A stretch of 63,469 nt of DNA, filler included, from Collodictyon triciliatum (Eukaryota), in assembly GCA_043381765.1 (NCBI GenBank). It is 12 parts of 12 records of this genome, joined end to end, with 100 filler letters (N's around TTAATTAATTAA, not from the genome) between each part and the next. Parts side by side here need not be neighbours in the genome. Positions count along the whole stretch, not along the records: positions 11,967 to 17,845 come from JBHJMP010004865.1; positions 17,946 to 23,823 come from JBHJMP010004866.1; positions 23,924 to 29,800 come from JBHJMP010004867.1; 9 more parts are not named here. One strand, given 5' to 3'. The position numbers were made by a program, and so were the translations under genes. Below the pieces are notes generated by a model. It saw only the letters and a list, made by a program, of their open reading frames with translations. It did not search any database and was not told the origin of the DNA. How positions within the stretch are numbered: the first letter of the stretch is position 1; the number at the start of each line of letters is the position of its first letter. Of the stretch, positions 12,751 through 24,663 are shown piece after piece.

Positions 12751-13128
12751 TGGTTTTGCTACAATCTGGCAGAGATAAATGCAGGTAAATCTCGGCAAGA
12801 CAGGGTAATCTGCTTCCTCAAACAGAATGTTGGACGTTGATATGAGATAATTCTCTCTTATCTAGTCAACGATTCTGTTCAATCATAGCAGAAATCTGCA
12901 GCAAAGTTGTGAGCCGTCGGGGTTGACACTGACCCATTCTGGAGAGGTTGGGTCGGTCGCAACAGTCGCTGTATTGTAATTACAAGATCTGCAGTGAGTA
13001 CATGATGTGCAAGAACAAAGCACTCAAATCGGAACATGTCAGGGACAGGTTGAATAGCCTGAGACAGTCACGGCGGGTCAAAAGTAAAAAAGGGAGGGAG
13101 TCGTAGAAAAAACCTTGATTGAAAAGCC

Positions 13129-14807
13129 TTAGGCAGAAGAAGATCCGGACGCGGGGCTCTTCTCCAACAGAGCCACAATATCCTTTTCGATCTCGGCAGG
13201 ATCGACTGTGGTTCCGTAGCGCTTGAACGGGACACCGTTGCGGTCAACGAGGAACTGGACGGTGCGGCGCATTGTAAAAAAATAAAAATAAAAATGAGAA
13301 AGAAACACAGAAAAGTGCTGTCTCCATATTCAAACCATTCGGGTAACTAAAAAGAAAAAGAAAACAAAAGAAATAGCAAGGGAAAATATACGCCGCAGCC
13401 ATTCTTTTCTAGGTTTTCAGTTCATAAAGTTTGACAGAGCGAAAGAAAGTGGAAACCGGGAGAGAAACAAAAAGAGCGCTCTCTTTTGATGCGTGGTGTT
13501 GCAAAATGTGTACCTTTGTAAAGTTCCACTTGATCATGGTGAACCATCCGTCAGGAGCCTTATCCTTCAGGAAGGTCCACAAAGGATGCGCTTCGGAACC
13601 GTTGACGTGAACCTTCATAAGATGGGCTTTAGCACTGTCTTCTGGGGTATTAGGACCACTGCGTAATATTTCTAGAAGGCTCCAAGTGCATAGAATGAGG
13701 AGCTGAGGGCTGTTTTTTTATTATTATTATTATTATTATTAGGCGTAATACTTTTGCGGAGCTTGCAATTACCTTATCCATCATGCGGAAGGTGACTCCA
13801 AAGTCGGAGACAAACTCCTTGATCTCTTGGTTGGTGGGGAGTTCCTGGAAGAACTGGGACGAGGGAAATCCGAGGATCTCGAAACCTAGTGCGAGGACAA
13901 GTTCAGGTCAAACCGCCTGTGTTTAGTGGCAGAAAAGCACGTTCTTCTTGCTGTTGAGTAGCCTATAAAGGAATTGCTTTAGGAGGGAAAAAATCGAGGG
14001 AAAACAGAAAAAGAGCTTGTTGAGAGTCCCATAGTGAGACAGCTACAGCTCTTTAAATCCAGAGTAAGGTAGATTACCTCTGCCTTGGTATTTCGTGTAC
14101 AGTTCCTGCATTTGTACATAGTTGATGTTGGTCTTTCCTCTGCAGGGTAGGTTGTAGAATAGGGTTAAGCTTATAGAGTCGTGAAAGGCCGGTCAATGTA
14201 GTTAAAAAAATGAGTTAAACAGCCCAGGTCTTCCTTGCTCAATTTAGAACCTCAACATGGTTTAGTGTGTCAGTAGGACAGATCGTGTGGAAACATTTGA
14301 GACTCACCATTTAGATGCGACGTTGGAGATGAGGACGACCTGAAAGGTATTTCAACAGGCAGTTTTTCAGAAGGTGCAGAGTAAGTGATATACAGCAAAG
14401 TGTGAGCCATACATTCATAGAGACAAAGGTTGTGTGCATATTATCCTCACTTTCCCCTTGAATTCCTTCATGGAGACCTCCTTCATGTCGATGTCCTTCG
14501 CAGTGAAGTCATAGATGGTTCCGGTGTCTATAGCAGGAGGATTATTAACAGAATAACCTAGCCGGCTCGACAATAATACTGTTGTTGGGCACGTAAAAAA
14601 GATTTCTCCTGGAGACATATGGGAGTGTGCTTTGTAGGACAGTTTTAAGTAAAATATTAGCATAGAGGAAAGAGAAGAGAAAGGGCATGAGAAAGTATCC
14701 TTGGAGAAGCCAAGCCGAGTAGGGAAACGGCGCATACTTTCAGCCATGGTGCTGATGCGAGATCTGCCCAAGCAAGACAACCTTCGAAGCAGCCTGCTTT
14801 TGATCAT
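13129..14807 (-). CDS. GPX4: Selenocysteine glutathione peroxidase, GPx4/PHGPx-like, 7 exons
   Basis: Exons 14807(or 14747)-14738, 14527-14451, 14339-14308, 14139-14078, 13885-13773, 13612-13514, 13254-13129. Spliced protein reads IYDFTAKDID...VVLISNVASK-U-GKTNINY...GFEILGFPSSQFFQE...VNGSEAHPLWTFLK...IKWNFTKFLVDRNG. Confidence 0.95.
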
Positions 14808-15585
14808 AGTTGCATGTTAGCGTGGTCTTTAGTCAGGCTTGCTTCTCTTATGTCTCCTAAGTTCGGTCTCGAGTGTCTTGGTGCCAGTCTCTCATGAATT
14901 CTTGTCTTGCCTTTGCTTTTCATTTCTCTTCTCTCACACTTTCACCGGACGCACCAACTCAAGTGAAGGAGCGGAAATTTGACAAATGGCCAAGGCAGCC
15001 ACTTTTTATAACCATCCATTTGCAGATCATGCGCAACCCTCATGCGTCACCCACCAACCTATTGCAGAAGCCCTTTTCCTGAGTAGGATGCTGGGTTGTG
15101 TACATGGATTCAATTATTTCCTTTTTTCATTTATTCGGAACATTTCCTTTTTAGAACGATTTCCGTCCAAATTTCCTGTGGAAGAAAAATGATTTATTAT
15201 GGGTGTTGACCTTTGTATAATTAGTGGAATTTATATATAATTATATTAAAATTGTTCAAAATGTCCTATTTTATATCAATATACATTTATTTTTTTTTGA
15301 AAACTATAATATGTATTGATAAATTCGTGCTCATAAAATTGCAATGAATGATTTCGATGGCAACTTAATCAATCAGAGACTTTGGGCACCGATCGCACTT
15401 CCCACCGCCACATCCATTTGCTCCCCTCTCTTTTCCATTTATCGTTTAAAGAATTGACGTTGATTTATTAGTATCTTGCTTCTCTTTGATTGAAATATAA
15501 AATTCGAGGCCTTGTCCTTTGTCGTGGGTGGGCCAACATATCCTCATGTACCCAGCGTCCCTTCCTTTCGTTCATCATCGAGCGG

Positions 15586-17675
15586 TCACCAGTTCATTAT
15601 AAGTTTTGTCATAAACTCGTATGTTACAAAGGTGATGGCGGTGTTGGGAATAGACCTCAGCATGTGAACTCCCATTCCTTGGTAAAGCGCTCGAAAGCCT
15701 TCTTCCTGCACGTCATAATTACAGTCAGATTCACTACCAGCTTCAACATCCCATGGAAAAACACCGGGTGAGCTATCGCACCACCATCGACTTCCACCAA
15801 AATAAATAAACAAATGAATTAAACCCTTACTCTGGCTATTAGTGACGTTGTTTGGAGGAGATTTGTGTATTTGTGAGGCTTCCCAGGTTCGGGAGACCGT
15901 TGTTCACGCAGGCGAGTCCTGATAACCTATACCATATACATCTTGTTAAAAAAAAATAAAAGGGTTTGTTCTATTGTTGGGCTTTGAATTTACCAAAAAA
16001 TTTTTTTATTTTTTTTATTGACAAAGAACCTTCACCAATACATCAAGATTACCTCGTGTGGGTAAATACTAATGCATGCAAGGAACTTTCCAAAGGAGGC
16101 AGAGAGGAATAAATAATTAAGAGATGGGTCTAGTTTTTATAGTTATTATTTTAGGAATAAAAAGGCTCATAAAATAAATACAAAAAAATCATACACCTCA
16201 CCACAACATAAAATGTTATATCATAGCAAAAAAAAAAAAAAAATATTAATAAAAAATACTTGCATTTTACTTTCAATCAAGGATATAACAAAAGAAATAA
16301 TTATAATGAAATTGATGATGTCTAAATATTTCAAGGTACCTTCACCGTACCGAGTCTTATATACGTCTTTAAAAGCCTCATAAACAGTAAATTGTATCGC
16401 ACCCTCCAGATTTCCTTTTGAAACATATGCAATGCATTTGAGATATTATAATAAATAATCTAAAATGCATGAAAAGAATGAAATAAAGAAACTGCCATTA
16501 ATTATTTTGTATATGTTAATTTTTTTCATTTTTATCACATATTTTGATAAATGGGCGCATTCATACAATAAATAATATAAATAATATACATATATGTAAA
16601 TTTGAGTTGAAACTTATGTTGGAATGTAAAGCTGCTTACCGACATATGAAGCTGACAATCCTTTGTAAAACCCACGAATACCTTCTTCCTTATATATCCG
16701 GCGTGTTGCATCCAAAGCACCAATATAGTTGTTCATCGATTTGTTCGAAGTTGCCTATTCAATGCCGAATCAAATATGCATTTTACTAACAAACTCTCAC
16801 CGGATCGTTGCATTAGAGTATCTTTTAGGAAAAAATAACGGGATTTTTCAGGTACATATGATGCTCATGTGTTTTTCTGAGATCTATATTACCATTGCAT
16901 GATTCTGGTTTGTCTGGAGTTGTAGTCTCGTTTTTACTAGCCATACAGGGTTCATTACAGAGGATGATATTGCACCCGCAAAAAACCCCGAAAGTGGGTG
17001 TACATAGTGGGTCCCCCCAAGTGGTGTCGCATTAAGGCGAGACTTAAGAAAGTCGTAACTTGCAAAGTAGACGGACCTACCATCATTAGATTAAGTAAAT
17101 AACAAGGGACGGTCATCATATATAGATTCTCTTCGAATTAAAGAGAAAATGATTACAGAAGTTGCATTTTCTAACCTATGAGGAATGACACCAAATAGAG
17201 TGGCACCGAGTCCCCTCCAAAGACCTCTGATACCTTCTGTTCTCTGAATGTGTCTTATTTTTTTTTTTTAATAAAAAACAACATAAATAACCGAGTAAAT
17301 ATGCGTGGTAAGTATGAAACTGGGTTGATAGACATGTAGCTTCACAGGTCATAATTCTCAATTCGACTCACAATATACACTCTACTAGTTTGCTATTAAG
17401 AGCATATCCCCCCTTCGGTATATCTACAAGGCTTGACTATACAACGGAATAAATTAACAATACGACCTTTATTATTAGTCATGTAAATGTTGTCCTGAAT
17501 ACGAGCGGTGCAATCATAATTTAAAACAAACTATTTTATTTTTGTTTTGTTTTAATGACCGTCGTAATTTTAATATCGGATTCAGATGGCGTAATCCGTC
17601 ATTAAAAAAACCTGCAATCGAGTCTTTACAACTTCCAAGGGGCATGTAACCAGGCAACCAATTGTCCCCCCAATT
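15586..17675 (-). CDS. Mitochondrial carrier, SLC25A33/A36 (Rim2-like pyrimidine nucleotide carrier); 5' truncated
   Basis: Three carrier signatures (TCPLEVVKTRLQ, NPVWLVKTRLQLQ, YPHE|VIRTRLRE) plus EEGIRGFYKGLSASY and RSIPNTAITFVTYE. Confidence 0.9.
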
Positions 17676-17746
17676 CTATGAATCGAGAAGAGTAGTTACA
17701 TTTTCATAATTATTCAGATTTGCAGAGATGTTCAAAATCATTTTTT

Positions 17747-17845
<99 letters not shown>

Positions 17846-18064
17846 NNNNNNNNNNNNNNNNNNNNNNNNNNNNNNNNNNNNNNNNNNNNTTAATTAATTA
17901 ANNNNNNNNNNNNNNNNNNNNNNNNNNNNNNNNNNNNNNNNNNNNAACAATACTAATAACAATACTAATAACAATACTAATAACAATACTAATAACAATA
18001 CTAATAACAATACTAATAACAATACTAATAACAATACTAATAACGATACTAATTATAGAATGAC

Positions 18065-21000
18065 TTTTTTAGATTCTTGCAGACAACTCCTATATTATTG
18101 TATGATATTGCTAGCAATGGATGTGTTTCTCCAATAACTTTGCATTTTATTTCCATGGACTTTTGATAATATTCCAAAGCCTCTTGGTATCTAATAATTG
18201 TAAAATAATATATTAATTCACGCACTCATGGCCCCTCTATCCTCACATTTTTAACAATACAGGGGTTCTTTCTTTCTTTCTACCTCTCAAAATTATCATA
18301 TATGCCGGCTATATTCCCGTAGGAAGTTGCGACGTCAATATGGTCTGGGCCGAAAACTTTCAGGCGAATCTTCAACGAAGCTTCTTGGTTTTCCAAAGCC
18401 TCATTATTCCTGGTAATAAGATTCCTTAAAAACACGACCAGGGAGTTCACTCTCAATTGTTATACGTATTTTACATTTCAAGATTGATGTACACTGATCC
18501 AATTCTCCCATATGAAGCTGCAACTTCAGGATGATATTCTCCAAATAGTCTCATGGATATTTGAAGAGATTTTTGAAAGTAATCAAGGGCAGTTTCAAAC
18601 CTGATGATTAATGTGATGCAAAGGTAAGTATTACCAGCCCAGTCTTATCATATAATCGAGTGCAGATACTTACAACGGTGCAATTAGATTTCCTGCACAA
18701 AATTGAAAGAAAGAATAAAAAAAAAACAACGGTGCCATTGGATATTATTTAAATGTAATTAGCAAAAGACTATCGCAAAAAATAGGGATTTTGGTGTTGG
18801 TCATACTTTCCTTTAATCTTATAAATCATTCCGATGTTGTTGTACGAGCGCGCAACATCAGTGTGCTGCTCTCCATATAAACAAGTATGAATTTCTAGAG
18901 ACTTTTGGTAGAACTCCAGGGCCTTATCATACCTGCGAATATTAATGGAGATTGGCTAAAATATTGTCCATAGCTTCAGTATTAAACAAAGATGCTCATT
19001 GAAATATAAAAACAAAATAAAAACAAAATAAAAACAAAATAAAAACAAAATAAAAACAAAATAAAAACAAAATAAAAACAAAATAAAAACAAAATAAAAA
19101 CAAAATAAAAACAAAACCAAAAGAGAAAATAGTAATATTAGATAGACAAATCGGCCACGCAACATACTTCCCGAGGTTTTCGTAGACATTTCCGATATAC
19201 TTATATGATTCAGCCGTGGTGGGATGATGCTCTCCAAATAGACGGGTTCCAGCATGAATAGCTTTACTCAGTATATCAATCGCCTCATCATATCTGTTAT
19301 GATATTTAAATTGTATCAACTGGTTGATAAAAATTTGGCTAATAAAAAAAAGAATAATACATATGCGTAGTACTGTGTCATACTTTGCCAATTGGTTCTT
19401 TGCATAGCCCAGGATATTGTAGTCTTGCAATTTGGACTCTGGATAGATTAGTATTTAGTTTTGGTAAGTCAGTCACCTGAAGAGATATCGTGCTTACAAA
19501 AAAAATTTCAATTAGGAATTATGATTGGCAAAGTTCTTAAAACCTTCTTTCTCATTCACCAATATACGATACTCCAGGATTGGCACAAGATAGTTATTTT
19601 CCTGTAGCTCATGAAAATATTTAACAAGCATCGAACCCGCAACGGTCAGTTCCTGTTTACAGAATATAGATTGTTAATGCATGAACATTCCAGGATATCG
19701 TTCTCTGTGATATCTCAGAGATTCATGGGCATTATTAAACCTTGGCAGCGTCCCGGTATGCTTCCAAGTGGTCATAACCATTCTTATTCAGCAGCCTCCA
19801 ATACTCGAAAAAATCATATCTATGGAAGCCATCCAGCATTTGAGTAACAACCTGTAAAGATTTTGGTCAGTATCTACCCAAAAAAATATTGTTGGTAATT
19901 CCATCTGAATACAAATGAAGCATTATGTACCGGGTAAACAAAGAGTTACATTTTATACAAAATTGATGCTATGGGATGAAGTTATTGTTTTTTTCTTTCC
20001 TTCGCATCATTCAATAAGAATAAAAGCAAAATACCGCATCTCGTTTAAGAAAACCGGCCAAAATATCAAATTGCTTCGAGAGTGCTAGGGTCCGGCATAT
20101 TTCTGCGGTTTCGGCTTTGTTGGCTGGCTGATTTTCGTATTCACAGTACAACCAGCTTGCATACTCTTCAATCTCTTCATTCTTGAACTTTTCATCCTCA
20201 AAGTAATATTGCTCGATTGATTGGGACACCAATTGATGGAAAAATGTATACCTGGGTTCAACTTATTAAAAATAGCGATCGATGGACAGTTTATTTCAAT
20301 GTCTTAAAAACCTTCCGTTTCGCACAAACAGTGACTCTAGAAGGACGAACAAAAATGGTTTCCTGTGTGATTGTTTGTATCTATTCAGCTATGGAGCTCT
20401 GCTGCGTTTGGCGAGTAGATATTATATCGGATTTCAAAATTAAACCTCAATTTCAATGTGCCTACCATATTGTCATCTGAAGGGGTCGAGCTATTTTTTT
20501 CAGTCTGTACTCCACATACCTGTCGAGTTCATTTTCACTCAAACCAATATGAGAAACTTGCAAAACGCAGCACGAGGTTCGCACAAGGTTTAAATCTGCA
20601 ATGGTAGTTGGAATTAAAATGAAACGTAAATGTTTCCACTTTTCTTTCTTTTATAGAACCCAGCGAACGTGATTGTATTTCCACTTAACGTTACCGTATT
20701 TTGACTCCCAGCGATTCAAGATGAGAGTGTAGAGTTCGACGACTCCGTTTGTCGAAAGCAACTGAGATAGTTCGAGATCAACTTTTTCATACACCCCGAA
20801 TACACGGAGTTCATCCAGAACTAGTCTCAAGTAAAGTGGATGCCCTATATCGAGTTAATAGGATGTTTAAGTGAGGTAAGGAACCCTAGAAAAAATCTTT
20901 TTCTGTATCCATGTATCAAAAGAGGTGCCTGTATTCTCTTTGTCATCCACGATTGTAGTCAACTGCCCTGGGGTTAGTGTTTTGTTGAAACGATTTAGAA

Positions 21001-23650
21001 AGGAGTGGGTTGCTTGCAATATTCCGGCCTCATCGAGTTTTGATACGGAGATGATATTTGAGCCACATAACTTCGCAGCCTTTTTTTTTTTAATTAGATA
21101 ATTCAATGATTTCAATTAGTAGCTATTTTGAATTCAATTATTTTTGTACCAAAATCATTTCTCCTTAAATTTGTACGTACGGCACAGGAGTCGTGTTGGT
21201 CGATTGTAGAAACCACGATAGCTATGTTCTTTGGAGTCTTTTTCGGAAGCCAGTGAAGCTGTTGCACGTTTGGATACCCTTTTGTACTCACAAGCTGATT
21301 TACAGCATCAATCACAACCACAATGGATTTCTTTCTGGTTACAATATTGATGAACCGAGTGACATTAAAAATAAAAAGCAACAATACGCCAAAAAGAAAA
21401 TTAATGGGAACCCCATGATGTTTCCATATGCATTTATTACCGCGTTTATAATGATTTTTTTTCAAAACTGAGCTTGGAAATTACGTTTTTTCGGAGGCAG
21501 TTTGGAACAAATGTCCGAAACCGTTCTTTGCAAGCACCCTGCCTTTATAACAGAAGAAAATAAAAAGAAAAGTAAAGGATAATAAGCATGGTTTTCTTTG
21601 AATTGTGAATAAGCATTTGAATCCAAAAGAAAAGATTTTTTTATTCAAAACCTTCTTCGGAGTCTGCAGTGTGAGGCAGTATCCCAGCTTCGTTGAGAAT
21701 ACGAATAAAGCGTTCCATAATGCTATGATTCAAATATAGAGTGAATGGAAAGGGCATCTTTTCTTTTCTGTTTTTTCTTTCGTAAAAAAGGTACATCATA
21801 TCCATTAATTCTATGGGACATATTACAAATACGTACTTCTCAACATAGTTACTCATATTCGAACACCCTACGAAGTGATGAAACACAAGATGGTTGGATG
21901 GCTGCACCGTGCTTAAGTCACGTACAAGCCCACACATTATAGATGACTTTCCGATTCCTGATTCAGCACCGATTACAGTAATGGTAGAGTCATCAGCAAC
22001 GATTTGAGATTGTACATCTTTTTTCAACTGCGCTAGTAATTCATCGCGTCCCTCTAGGCCAACTAAGCGATGTCTTATGAACTGGTCATGCGCCTGGTCT
22101 TCAGCATTTTTGACCTAATAAGCGCCATGTTATTTACATAGATGGATTCTATGTGATTTCCGTTTCGATAGATTGCAATATCAGAGACAAATGGCTGAAG
22201 TGCTTCAAGCACCGAGTAAAAACCTCATTCATTGCAAAGTCCGTATCGATGCATCCAAGAAGGGCCTTCGTGACTGTACTGATTAAATCCTGTGGTGTCT
22301 TGTAGACTTTTATGGTATATTTCGCTGATATTTTCTCTTTCAATAACTTTTGCCGATGACCCTGCAACCAAATGGAAAAATATGACATCGATGGGATATA
22401 GTTCCATTCATGGCAAATACACATTTTGTTATATATATTTGGTGATTGTATGGAGGGTAATAATATTACATCCTCGGGATTGGCTGGGCGGTAGAGTTCC
22501 CTCTCCCCGTTGTTTTCTGCGACATGCTTCACAGCGTATTCCTCATCACGCGAGAAGAAAAAAACCCTTCGCGCAACAGGAGATTCCTTCAATGCTCCAT
22601 GTATAATCTGAAAACGAAAAGGTTTTTTTTCCCATAAAAAAGAGAGACAATTCAAAAAATGAGAAAATGTTCCAAAACCCAGGATTACATACATGGATGC
22701 AATAAAATATCACACTGCTGGGTAAACTTCTCGAGAAGCTTTTGTTTGATCAAAACAACATTTCAAACCTCATAATCAGTAACGCTCAAACCACGCATAT
22801 ATGTAAGGAACGGATACTTTGTGTCAGTTTCTGTGTGCCACTCCTTGGGATTTTCGTGATTTGGAATCCAGCCATATCTCGCACCAAGAGTGCAAAGAAA
22901 ATACGGGCACTTATCAATTGATTCCAAGCAACTTACAACAACCTGTTTGAATGAAGAATGTATCAAATAAAATCATGGAACACATCGCAGACATAGAGAG
23001 CTCGGTATGTAATAATGCCACTTTTGAGCATAGAAAGGCACATGGCGTATTACCAGTCCGTTGTTCGAAACTTCGTTTGTTAATCCCCATCGCAAGTCGA
23101 TGAAGACAAGGATTAAGTTCTTTGTTTTTGCGTGTTCTTTTAAGCTTCAGATATTTTTTTATTTTAGTATTAGATACGCAAATATTATTTTTCAAGCGGT
23201 GGATTCTTTCAAGGTCTGCATGAATTCTTTTTTCTCATCTATGCAAGATTAATGGAAATCAAGAAAAAGAAAAAGAAAAAGAAAAAGAAAAAGAAAAAGA
23301 AAAAGAAAAAGAAAAAGAAAAAGAAAAAGAAAAAGAAAAAGAAAAAGAAAAAGAAAAAAAGAAGAAAAAGAAGAAAAAGAAGAAAAAGAAGAAAAAGAAG
23401 AAAAAGAAGAAAAAGAAGAAAAAGAAGAAAAAGAAGAAAAAGAAGAAAAAGAAGAAAAGATTTAAGCTCACAGCTTCTCAGCACTCCTAAAAAACTCGTT
23501 GCGCTCTTTCTGCATGTCACGAAAAGTGGACGACAGAAAGACACGCAGCACACGGTCCTCCTGCACAGACTTCCAACCAGGAGACCCGTCCGAGTATTTT
23601 GCAGCTGAAGTCATTGTCAACAAAGAGTCCTTGGCAGGGGAGCGATCCAT
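18065..23650 (-). CDS. DUF4062-NACHT/STAND NTPase-TPR protein (NPHP3/TTC41-like, NLR-like); 3' truncated
   Basis: N-terminal LRVFLSSTFRDMQKER and CLESIDKCPYFLCTLGARYGWIP (DUF4062). Walker A GAESGIGKS, Walker B VVVIDAVNQL, HPLYLRLVLDELRVFG. At least five 42-aa kinesin-light-chain-type TPRs. Confidence 0.92.
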
Positions 23651-23923
23651 CTCTAGGCGCAGGGTTCTACAGGCAGTTGTGCGAGTCAGAGTGTCAAAGA
23701 GAAAAGAAAAAAGAAAAGAAAAAAGAAAAGAAAAAAGAAAAGAAAAAAGAAAAGAAAAAAGAAAAGAAAAAAGAAAAAAAAAAAGAAAAGAAAAAAGAAA
23801 AGAAAAAAGAAAAGAAAAAAGAANNNNNNNNNNNNNNNNNNNNNNNNNNNNNNNNNNNNNNNNNNNNTTAATTAATTAANNNNNNNNNNNNNNNNNNNNN
23901 NNNNNNNNNNNNNNNNNNNNNNN

Positions 23924-23981
<58 letters not shown>

Positions 23982-24663
23982 GCGGTATCTTATCAATGAA
24001 TGTTTGAAATAAGAGAACAAGTCGTTTATACCAAGTGGTGCCTTCATTTGACTTTCTCTCGAAACCTCTCCCCCAAAAAAACATTTTTCATTGATCTCTT
24101 TATGGTTATTTTTTCCCCTTTATTCGATTCAAGGCGCCCTCTTTATGATTATATTACATTCCTTGAATCTGTATTCTTTACTCACTCAGTATCGTAAAAA
24201 AAAAAAATCAATTTAAGTGAATATTGTAGGAGGATTCAACGCCCACGCGAATGAACTAGTGATGTTAATCTGAGCAGAATTACGGGAGAATCTACACATG
24301 TTTCCCAACAATAAAAATGACCAATTTGTGACCGTGATTGTTTGTTTGTTAATTTTGGTTTTTGTTTTTTGTTTTTTGTTTTTTGTTTTTTGTTTTTTGT
24401 TTTTTGTTTTTTGTTTTATTCTTCCTTTCAATTTTGTGCAGGATGGTAGATTTTGTTTTGGTTTTTTGGGGTTTTGGTTTTTTGGGGTTTTGGTTTTGGT
24501 TTTGGTTTTGGTTTTGGTTTTGGTTTTGGTTTTGGATTTTTTTTTCTTGTGAGACAATAAAAGGTCAGTCATTACACGGCTAATCGATGGTCAGATTTGA
24601 AACCAGGATAACTAAACCCGAGTGCGTTGCATTAACATTTATTACATTTTATTTGTCTTGCCT

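Noticed and set aside
13129-17675. Functional mitochondrial gene cluster (POLRMT, GPx, carrier, HIG1)
   Set aside because: Only GPx and the carrier share a contig; the others are unlinked.
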